Positions 7,540 to 14,373 of a DNA stretch of 42,918 bases are shown piece after piece (the stretch's first letter is position 1; every line of letters starts with the position of its first letter). A program made the position numbers and the translations under genes. A model generated the notes under the pieces. That model made no database searches. It saw only the letters and a list, made by a program, of their open reading frames with translations, and had not been told where the DNA came from. The DNA is from a phage: the NCBI GenBank assembly GCA_025726505.1, contig GCA_025726505.1_4340.1. The stretch is one strand, 5' to 3'.

Positions 7540-7556
7540 AGGGGCGTTAAGCCCCT
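7540..7556. terminator. Hairpin between convergent primase and XRE genes
   Basis: AGGGGC (7540-7545), loop GTTAA, GCCCCT (7551-7556); overlaps the 3' end of the minus-strand XRE gene. Confidence 0.45.
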
Positions 7557-7762
7557 TCACCGAACGCCAGCCACTTGGCGTCTACTTGTAGCACTCCCGC
7601 CAGTTTAAACAGCGTCGCCGGGCGGACGTCCTGAGTTACACCGAGTGCTAGCTGGTTAATTGCGCCCTGGGAAACGCCAGCCATGACCGCCAGACGGCGC
7701 TGGGAGATGCCGAGTTCTTTACGGCGTTGTTCTACGCGAATGCCTAGTTCAGATGGTTGCAT
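7547..7762 (-). CDS. XRE-family (Cro/cI-type) HTH transcriptional regulator
   Basis: 71-aa product with canonical HTH LGISQRRLAVMAGVSQGAINQL; divergent from the rightward operon. Confidence 0.8.
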   Translation of the reverse strand: MQPSELGIRVEQRRKELGISQRRLAVMAGVSQGAINQLALGVTQDVRPATLFKLAGVLQVDAKWLAFGEGA

Positions 7763-7790
7763 GTTAATTACTCCTTAGTTAGTCAATATG

Positions 7791-7809
7791 TGAATAGTAC
7801 CATATTAAT
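7791..7809. promoter_or_regulatory. Operator-like motif copy (TGAATAGTACCATATTAAT)
   Basis: Imperfect copy of the AATAG-N4-CTATT core, 29 nt upstream of the XRE gene start. Confidence 0.4.
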
Positions 7810-7826
7810 TATTTTAGAAAAGCCCA

Positions 7827-7856
7827 TTGACAACATGAATAGTTAGCTATTATAGT
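7827..7856 (+). promoter_or_regulatory. Sigma70-like promoter with overlapping palindromic operator
   Basis: TTGACA (7827-7832), 18-nt spacer, TATAGT (7851-7856); spacer contains AATAGTTAGCTATT (7838-7851); 32 nt upstream of ATG 7888. Confidence 0.55.
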
Positions 7857-7887
7857 TAGCCCATACCAAACGAGAGGAGAGAAACAA

Positions 7888-8388
7888 ATGTTAGAGAAAT
7901 TCTTAGTATTACTGGAACGTTTCGTAGTTGCGCATGAACTTATTGCTGCGAATAGTGCGAAAGAACCGGTGATTGGCTCACCAGAACATTTTGCTGAGTT
8001 TTGTAAGCTGCAAGGTGTAAGTGTAAAAGAGGCTTTAACTAAACCTTCAAAAGAAATCCCGGTCGAAGGGGAAGACATCGTCGACACTAAACCGGCAGAA
8101 GAAGAGAAGCCGAAACGCAAGCCGCGTAAAGCTAAAGTAGAGGAACCAACGCCAGAGCCGGAAGAAGAGAAAGAAGAGGTCGATTACCAGTCTCTTCGGG
8201 ACCAGATTCAGGCTATCGACGATGCAATTATCGAAGGTCCGAGCGATGCCGCGTACGATGATTCTGATGAACTTCTGGAAGAGTTCACCGGTAAGAAAAG
8301 GAAGATTGCTGCGATTAAAGACGAAGACCTGGCTGAATACCTGGAACGCCTGACGGCAATCAAGAACAAGTATTTCGAAGAAGAATAA
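7888..8388 (+). CDS. Hypothetical highly acidic protein with Lys-rich insert
   Basis: 166-aa ORF, GAGAGGAGAG RBS; Glu/Asp-rich (EEPTPEPEEEKEE, ends KYFEEE) with KPKRKPRKAK patch. Confidence 0.7.
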   Translation: MLEKFLVLLERFVVAHELIAANSAKEPVIGSPEHFAEFCKLQGVSVKEALTKPSKEIPVEGEDIVDTKPAEEEKPKRKPRKAKVEEPTPEPEEEKEEVDYQSLRDQIQAIDDAIIEGPSDAAYDDSDELLEEFTGKKRKIAAIKDEDLAEYLERLTAIKNKYFEEE

Positions 8389-8395
8389 CTATAAC

Positions 8396-8411
8396 GCGGC
8401 CTTCGGGCCGC
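8396..8411 (+). other. Intercistronic tetraloop hairpin
   Basis: GCGGCC-TTCG-GGCCGC directly followed by AACTGAGGGTCTGAATT-ATG of the next cistron; no long U-run. Confidence 0.5.
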
Positions 8412-8431
8412 TTTAACTGAGGGTCTGAATT

Positions 8432-8635
8432 ATGGCTATTTTAGCTAAGAAAAGTGGTCTTATGATTTCAGGGCGAGTTATAGAAGAAACAGATAGCTTT
8501 GTATGCTTCCACGCGACAGATAACAAACGCCCTACGTATGTACAAAAGTCGGATAAAACACAAAAAGTTTTCGACGGTGATTTTTCTATGGATGACGTTT
8601 TCGCGTGGATTAATTCTGTGAGGGTAAAGAAATGA
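8432..8635 (+). CDS. Hypothetical protein
   Basis: 67-aa ORF, GAGGG RBS, ATGA overlap with next ORF. Confidence 0.55.
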   Translation: MAILAKKSGLMISGRVIEETDSFVCFHATDNKRPTYVQKSDKTQKVFDGDFSMDDVFAWINSVRVKK

Positions 8636-8904
8636 TTTACCAACTCTACCGCGCCGTAGACAGGCGGGATAACACGGAGGCGCTATGGCTGTTGCGTGCG
8701 CCGTCCGGTGCGCACCAGATGGAAGAGATGGCGTACTTAGGCAAAGTACCGCGGCCCAAAGATATTGGCCGTCACGTGTCGCAGATTAAGCGCACGACTT
8801 TCGCCAAGCCTGACTTTTATGTCTTCGAGTCGATGTATGGGTGGGCTATGCATTGCCATCACCAGACACGACATTTAATTGACCAGTGGGAGAGCAGGGT
8901 ATGA
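8632..8904 (+). CDS. Hypothetical protein
   Basis: 90-aa ORF coupled to flanking cistrons. Confidence 0.5.
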   Translation: MIYQLYRAVDRRDNTEALWLLRAPSGAHQMEEMAYLGKVPRPKDIGRHVSQIKRTTFAKPDFYVFESMYGWAMHCHHQTRHLIDQWESRV

Positions 8905-10166
8905 TTTTAAAGGAACGCGGCGGCAATAATGATGTACACGCCTTACTGTCACCGTCAGGCGCTAAAAAGTGGCTGACGTGCAGTGCATCGCTGGCCTGTG
9001 AAAAAGATATTCCTAACACGTCAGGTAAATCCGCCGTTACAGGAACAGCATGCCACACTATAGCAGAGGTCCACCTAAACCAGTACATCAAAGGCACAGC
9101 GTTGCCGTTAGAGCGTGAAGTCGGCGCTTATGTGCTGGATGAGGGTAAAGGCCAGATTAAGGCACTAATCAGCCCGATGAAAGGCGCTGTACTGATTACC
9201 GCTGACATGGTTGAGCAGGTGCGCAAGTACACCGACTACTGCAAAGCGATTATCGACGTGGCGACTTACGCCAAGCTGGAAATGCGCGTCAATCTTACTC
9301 AGATTCTACACCCCGGGTACAAAGTACCGGCTGAGGGTGAAGAAGACGATTTAGAGACGTTTGGGACCGCGGACCTTGTTGCCGTTCAGGAACTGGCAAA
9401 CACCGACGAGCACATGCTCATTATTGGGGACCTTAAAACAGGACGGCATCGTGTCGAAGCGAAAGAAAACAAGCAGCTTATGCTTTATGCTCTCGGTGTT
9501 TATCGCAGACTCAAGAGACGCTATAACATCACCATGGTTCGTCTGGTCATCTTCCAGCCGTACGCTGGTGGTGCGTCGGAGTGGGACATCTCGGTTGAAG
9601 GTCTGGAGCTGTTCGCTAAGTTTGCACAGAAACGTGCACTGCTAGCACTAGACGCCTATTCCCGTGGTAAAAAGAACCTGAAATCGTCTGACTTCAGGCC
9701 GTCGGTAGATGGATGCCAGTGGTGTCGGTTCTCTGAACAATGTGCCGCGCGTACAAAGACGGTTAATTCTGTACTGGCGGAAGAACTGGAAGACGACTTT
9801 GTGCTGGAACTGACGCCGGAGCAACTCGTAACTGAGTATGAGAAGTTGCCGTTGTTGCGCCAGCACATCGACAAGGTTGAGAAAGCTATGGCTGCCGCGT
9901 TGCATTCCGGTAAGAAAGTGCCTGGGTACAAGCTGGTTGAGGGTAAGAGGGGCAACCGTGCGTGGAAAGACACCGATGCGGTATTTGAGAAGTACGGTAC
10001 TATGCTGCAAAAGGTAGTTCTCATGACGCCAACAGAAGCTGTTAAGGTAATACCGGAAGAAGAACTGAAAGACTTTATTACCCGTAAGCCTGGCACGCCA
10101 TGCGTCGCAACGGCAGACGACAAACGGCCTGAGTGGAATAAGGTTAGTGAAGAAGATTTAGAATAA
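8901..10166 (+). CDS. Cas4/RecB-family PD-(D/E)xK exonuclease with Fe-S cysteines
   Basis: N-terminal Cys (KWLTCSASLAC), nuclease motifs GTADLV...IGDLKTG and QLMLYALGVY, C-terminal CQWCRFSEQC; ends SEEDLE; start at ATG 8901 (track 8886 is GTG). Confidence 0.75.
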   Translation: MILKERGGNNDVHALLSPSGAKKWLTCSASLACEKDIPNTSGKSAVTGTACHTIAEVHLNQYIKGTALPLEREVGAYVLDEGKGQIKALISPMKGAVLITADMVEQVRKYTDYCKAIIDVATYAKLEMRVNLTQILHPGYKVPAEGEEDDLETFGTADLVAVQELANTDEHMLIIGDLKTGRHRVEAKENKQLMLYALGVYRRLKRRYNITMVRLVIFQPYAGGASEWDISVEGLELFAKFAQKRALLALDAYSRGKKNLKSSDFRPSVDGCQWCRFSEQCAARTKTVNSVLAEELEDDFVLELTPEQLVTEYEKLPLLRQHIDKVEKAMAAALHSGKKVPGYKLVEGKRGNRAWKDTDAVFEKYGTMLQKVVLMTPTEAVKVIPEEELKDFITRKPGTPCVATADDKRPEWNKVSEEDLE

Positions 10167-10170
10167 AGTG

Positions 10171-10199
10171 TTGACACCTGAATAGTTAACTATTATAGT
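10171..10199 (+). promoter_or_regulatory. Sigma70-like promoter with perfect palindromic operator
   Basis: TTGACA (10171-10176), 17-nt spacer, TATAGT (10194-10199); spacer contains perfect 14-bp palindrome AATAGTTAACTATT (10181-10194). Confidence 0.6.
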
Positions 10200-10257
10200 T
10201 CTAATCACTGGCCGGGCAGCTCCCGGAGTAAACGAAACTTAAAAGCGAGAAATCACG

Positions 10258-10887
10258 ATGGGTATTAAACTGAATCTGCGTAAAGTAAACACTGCTTGGG
10301 TTAACGTATTCGAACGCGAAAAAGACCGTGAAAACGATGATGGCTCAATCACTAAAGGTCAGTACAGCGCTACTATTATCCTGCCGTCCGACCACGCGCA
10401 AATCGACGCGCTCTACGACACCGTTTACGCGGTAGTCGAAGAAGCGTTAGGCGCCGCCGCTGCCGAGAAATGGATGAAGTCCAACTACGGCGAAGGTAAG
10501 CACATGGATAAATGTGCGATTAAAGACATTGCCGAGCGCGACAATCCGTTCGAAGACTTCCCGGAAGGCTTCTACTTCAAAGCGAAGGCGCAGAAACAGC
10601 CACTGATTGTAACCTCTAAAAAAGGTGAGACTCAGGTAGAGCAGGACTTCAACGTAGACGGCGAACAGATTGAAGGTGAACAGGTTTACAGCGGATGTGT
10701 AGCCAATGTAAGCGTCGAAATCTGGTTCAGCCAGAAATACAAAGTCCTCGGCGTTAACCTGCTGGCGATTAAATACGTCGGTGAAGGTAAAGCGTTCGGT
10801 GGTTCTAAAGCCGCCGCAAGCGTCAATGACCTGGAGGACGACGAAGAAGATGAAGTGCCACGCCGCGAACGTCGTCGCCGTGGTTAA
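10258..10887 (+). CDS. ssDNA-binding / annealing protein, T7 gp2.5-like (tentative)
   Basis: 209-aa product; by-eye resemblance to gp2.5 (NPFEDFPEGFYFKAKA vs MPFFDNGDGTTTFKFK; LLAIKYVGEG); acidic tail NDLEDDEEDE then RRERRRRG. Confidence 0.5.
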   Translation: MGIKLNLRKVNTAWVNVFEREKDRENDDGSITKGQYSATIILPSDHAQIDALYDTVYAVVEEALGAAAAEKWMKSNYGEGKHMDKCAIKDIAERDNPFEDFPEGFYFKAKAQKQPLIVTSKKGETQVEQDFNVDGEQIEGEQVYSGCVANVSVEIWFSQKYKVLGVNLLAIKYVGEGKAFGGSKAAASVNDLEDDEEDEVPRRERRRRG

Positions 10888-10906
10888 TATCTGAATCTGT
10901 TTAATT

Positions 10907-10930
10907 AAGGCCCTTTATTGGGCCTTTTTA
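10907..10930 (+). terminator. Rho-independent terminator/attenuator before the DNA polymerase gene
   Basis: AAGGCCC (10907-10913), loop TTTATT, GGGCCTT (10920-10926) followed by TTTA. Confidence 0.55.
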
Positions 10931-10945
10931 CTAAGGGTCAAAATA

Positions 10946-13219
10946 ATGAGTTATCTGTTCTTAGACTTTGAAACCTTCTCCGAAGCCGATTTGAAGAAAG
11001 TCGGCTCCTATGCTTACGCCGAACACCCGACTACCGAAGTGCTCATCTGCACCTATGCTTTTGATGACGAGCCTGTTCAGGTATGGGACTGCACTGACGG
11101 CAGCGACATGCCGGGAGATTTACACCGCGCGTTACGCCGTCTGGTGAAGCCAAACAGTCGCATTAAGATGGTGTGGCACAACGGCTCAATGTTCGATAGG
11201 CTCATCATGAAGCACTGCTGGGGCTTTGAAATCCCCGTAAGCAACACCATTGATACTATGATTTGGGCGTTTCGTCACGCGCTGCCGGGGTCTCTTGATG
11301 CGTTGTGCGAAGTGTTGGGTGTATCTGCGGACAATGCGAAAGACAAACGCGGCAAGGCGCTGATTCAGCGTTTCTCTAAACCGACGCCGAAGAACTACAA
11401 AATCCGCCGTTACACCGCAGAAACACACCCGGACGAGTGGGCGCTGTTCATCAAGTACGCCGTGAGTGACATCACTGCGATGCGTGAAGTCTTTCATAAG
11501 CTACCGCGGTGGGGTAACTCCGAGTTCGAAGACCGTGTACTGGAACTGGACCAGTTAATCAATGACCGGGGCTTTTTTGTTGATACGGCTCTTGCTGAGG
11601 CGGCGGTAGCGGCAGTGGAACGCCACAAGCAAGAGCTAAAAAACGAGGCCCGCGCAAAATTCGGGGGGAAACTAACGGGCAAAGATTTCCTGCCAATCCT
11701 TCGGGAACTGGCACCGGCTTACGATATCTATAATGCGCAGAAAGCAACGCTAGAGGGTTTGCTAGAGGATGACGACCTGCCTGATGATGCACGTACAATC
11801 ATTGAGATGCGCCTCGGCGCGGCCTCCACGGCGTCAACAAAATATAAGCCGCTCCTGCTAGGACGGTCCAAAGACGGACGACGCCGTGGTTGCATCCAGT
11901 ATGGCGGCGCGAAGCGCACTTTACGATTCGCGGGTAAAGGGTTTCAGCCGCAGAACCTGTCGCGCGGGTACTACCACGACGACCCGACTAACGAGGAAAA
12001 GAAACTTGTACGTCAGCCGTGGGAGTCCGACGAAGACTGGAACCGCAGGCTTAACCCGTTATCATTCGGCATCAATTTGCTTTTAAAGGGTCGGGCGCAT
12101 CGCCGCTTCGATGTATCTAAACTGACGGCCTCGACAGTCCGCAGTTGCATCATCCCAGAAAAAGGCAATAAGTTGCTCGTTGCTGACTACTCGAACGTGG
12201 AAGGGCGCGGGTTGGCCTGGACGGCGGGGGAGACGTCCGCTCTTGAGACGTTCCGCGCGGGGATTGATATCTATTGCGCCACTGCGGGCAAGATGTTTGG
12301 TATGGATCCTATTGAGCTTAAAGCCATCCGTAAGGACCTACGTCAGGTCGGGAAATGTTGCGAACTCGGCCTCGGCTACGAGGGCGGCGTAGGAGCTTTC
12401 ATGACTATGGCTAAAACTTACGGGCTGGACCTCTTTAAAATGACGGAGACAATGCGAGGTACGTTCCCTGACCATATATGGGCCGCCACTGCCCGAGGAT
12501 ACGAATGGGCGCGGATTCAGGAGGCTAAGCGGCCCCCAAAACCCGGTAAAAAAGATGAACGGGCCTCTTATGTGCTGCCTAAAGAAGTGTGGCGCACCTG
12601 CGATGCTATCAAGCGCATGTGGCGCGAGGCCCATCCGGAAACAGTTAAATTCTGGAAGGACCTTAAGGATTCGGTAATTGCCGCAATCAGAAACCCAGGA
12701 CGAGAGTTTTGGGCGGGGGCCAGAGTCCGCCTTAACGGCGACAGAGCTATTCGCATCTGGCGTACTAAAGAGAAAGACAGACAGGGTAACTTTGTGCCGG
12801 GTTGGTGGTTGTGCGTGGAACTGCCGTCTGGGCGCATCATGTCCTACCCTGGTATAGGCTTAAGCGTCACTAAAGAGACTGACGAGGATGGGCGCGTAAC
12901 AACTAACGTTCGCATTAAGTACCAGGGCGAAAATCGGACCACCCGCCAGTGGACAACTTTGTACACCCACGGCGGAAAATTGTGTGAAAACATCATCCAG
13001 GCGTTGTGCCGTGACTTACTAGTTAACGGACTCCTGACGGTCGAGGCAGCGGGCTACCCGATTGTGCTCCACGTACACGACGAATGTGTGGCTGAAACGC
13101 CAGATACGCCGGAGTACACGGTTAAAGAGATGGGCGACCTGCTATGCGCATTACCTGAATGGGCTGAAGGGTTCCCGTTAACATGGGCTGGGGAAGAGGT
13201 GTACCGCTATGCTAAGTAA
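10946..13219 (+). CDS. Family A DNA polymerase with 3'-5' exonuclease domain
   Basis: Exo motif LFLDFETFS at N-terminus; polymerase motif A LLVADYSNVEGR, motif B RKDLRQVGKCCELGLGYEGG, motif C VLHVHDECV. Confidence 0.9.
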   Translation: MSYLFLDFETFSEADLKKVGSYAYAEHPTTEVLICTYAFDDEPVQVWDCTDGSDMPGDLHRALRRLVKPNSRIKMVWHNGSMFDRLIMKHCWGFEIPVSNTIDTMIWAFRHALPGSLDALCEVLGVSADNAKDKRGKALIQRFSKPTPKNYKIRRYTAETHPDEWALFIKYAVSDITAMREVFHKLPRWGNSEFEDRVLELDQLINDRGFFVDTALAEAAVAAVERHKQELKNEARAKFGGKLTGKDFLPILRELAPAYDIYNAQKATLEGLLEDDDLPDDARTIIEMRLGAASTASTKYKPLLLGRSKDGRRRGCIQYGGAKRTLRFAGKGFQPQNLSRGYYHDDPTNEEKKLVRQPWESDEDWNRRLNPLSFGINLLLKGRAHRRFDVSKLTASTVRSCIIPEKGNKLLVADYSNVEGRGLAWTAGETSALETFRAGIDIYCATAGKMFGMDPIELKAIRKDLRQVGKCCELGLGYEGGVGAFMTMAKTYGLDLFKMTETMRGTFPDHIWAATARGYEWARIQEAKRPPKPGKKDERASYVLPKEVWRTCDAIKRMWREAHPETVKFWKDLKDSVIAAIRNPGREFWAGARVRLNGDRAIRIWRTKEKDRQGNFVPGWWLCVELPSGRIMSYPGIGLSVTKETDEDGRVTTNVRIKYQGENRTTRQWTTLYTHGGKLCENIIQALCRDLLVNGLLTVEAAGYPIVLHVHDECVAETPDTPEYTVKEMGDLLCALPEWAEGFPLTWAGEEVYRYAK

Positions 13220-13340
13220 ACTTATTATCGCGGTACTGGCGGGATTCGCCGCCGGTGTCCACTGCCACGAGGGTCAATACAGCATGATGGCCGCCGTACT
13301 GGGCATGTTCATCGCAATTTATCTGTGGGTGCTGGAATGA
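13209..13340 (+). CDS. Candidate 43-aa membrane micro-protein
   Basis: ATG overlaps polymerase 3' end; hydrophobic product; stop overlaps next ATG; below track cutoff. Confidence 0.3.
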   Translation: MLSKLIIAVLAGFAAGVHCHEGQYSMMAAVLGMFIAIYLWVLE

Positions 13341-13426
13341 AAATTTACTGGTTCTATGAAGAAGACTGTCGAATCTGTCCGCGCTGTGGGATTGAGCATA
13401 CGAAACGGGAGGAGTGCGTATTATGA
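13337..13426 (+). CDS. Candidate 29-aa zinc-ribbon micro-protein
   Basis: MKIYWFYEEDCRICPRCGIEHTKREECVL; ATGA-coupled at both ends. Confidence 0.3.
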   Translation: MKIYWFYEEDCRICPRCGIEHTKREECVL

Positions 13427-13575
13427 CAATGCTTGTATTTTGGACGATAGTAACCATGCTCGCACTTCTACTCGGTGCGGGAATAGCCGCGATGTTCTGC
13501 TATGGCCTGTTCTTTAATTTTGTCGGTGTTGCCGTTCTGGGCGGGGCATTTATAACTTGGGTTCTGCGCTCATGA
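13423..13575 (+). CDS. Candidate 50-aa membrane micro-protein
   Basis: Two hydrophobic segments; ATGA-coupled to the VRR-NUC gene. Confidence 0.3.
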   Translation: MTMLVFWTIVTMLALLLGAGIAAMFCYGLFFNFVGVAVLGGAFITWVLRS

Positions 13576-13886
13576 CCCCGGAAGGAAAAATACAGAAATA
13601 CGCAAAAGAGCGATTCGAGGCCATCGGGGGCCTCGTCCGTAAACTGTCTTATGAGGGGCGCTCCGGCGCTCCCGACCTGCTGGTAATTCTCCCGGGCGGC
13701 ATCGTCTGGTTCGTCGAGGTGAAGAAAGACGAAAGCACGAAGCCTGACCCACACCAGTTACGAGAGCATGAGCGGATGCGTAAACGTGGCGCAAATGTTT
13801 TTGTCGTTGGTTCGATAAAACAGATTGACACCCTAATAGCAGACTATTATAGTAAGCACATACCCCAACAATATAAGGAATTATAA
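13572..13886 (+). CDS. VRR-NUC domain nuclease
   Basis: PD-(D/E)xK core GAPDLLVILPGGIVWFVEVKK...REHERMRKRGANVFVV; start at ATG 13572 (track start 13557). Confidence 0.75.
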   Translation: MTPEGKIQKYAKERFEAIGGLVRKLSYEGRSGAPDLLVILPGGIVWFVEVKKDESTKPDPHQLREHERMRKRGANVFVVGSIKQIDTLIADYYSKHIPQQYKEL

Positions 13887-13887
13887 A

Positions 13888-14142
13888 ATGGCTATCGAAC
13901 TTCAACTGTCAGTAAACACCATGATTATTGGTTCAATCGATTCATCTGTTCGTATCGGTAAATACACAGGGGCGTCAGTTAATTACTCATGGTCTATGAA
14001 GGTTTCGGAAGTAAACCGTATCCTGGGCTTCGGGTCAGTTGGTCACAAGGTGCTTGCGGAAGACGTCGCTAAAGGGCTGTCCGTAGACTTCACAACGGCC
14101 AGAGAACTTATTAAGCAAGTTCAAGGCGAATTATCTAACTAA
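13888..14142 (+). CDS. Hypothetical protein
   Basis: 84-aa ORF with AAGGAATT RBS. Confidence 0.55.
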   Translation: MAIELQLSVNTMIIGSIDSSVRIGKYTGASVNYSWSMKVSEVNRILGFGSVGHKVLAEDVAKGLSVDFTTARELIKQVQGELSN

Positions 14143-14146
14143 TACA

Positions 14147-14160
14147 GGCCCTTCGGGGCC
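14147..14160 (+). other. Intercistronic tetraloop hairpin
   Basis: GGCCC-TTCG-GGGCC followed by TTAACTATAAGGAATTGATAG-ATG. Confidence 0.5.
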
Positions 14161-14181
14161 TTAACTATAAGGAATTGATAG

Positions 14182-14373
14182 ATGAAATACGAATATGACC
14201 GTAAACCAGCACGTGACATCGTACCTGGCGACATGATTTTCAACGTTAAGACCCGCCAGCCTGTTGCCGTTGATACGATGTTCGTCGAGTCAAACGGTAA
14301 ACTGGTTATCGAAGATGTAACAGGCAATGTTACAGCGTTCGGGCGTAAAGAGTTAGTTCTGGTGGCAAAATGA
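14182..14373 (+). CDS. Hypothetical protein
   Basis: 63-aa ORF, AAGGAATT RBS, ATGA overlap with helicase gene. Confidence 0.55.
   Translation: MKYEYDRKPARDIVPGDMIFNVKTRQPVAVDTMFVESNGKLVIEDVTGNVTAFGRKELVLVAK

Noticed and set aside
11186-12840. Cluster of minus-strand ORFs
   Set aside because: Antisense to the DNA polymerase gene, which has unambiguous family A motifs in the plus frame.
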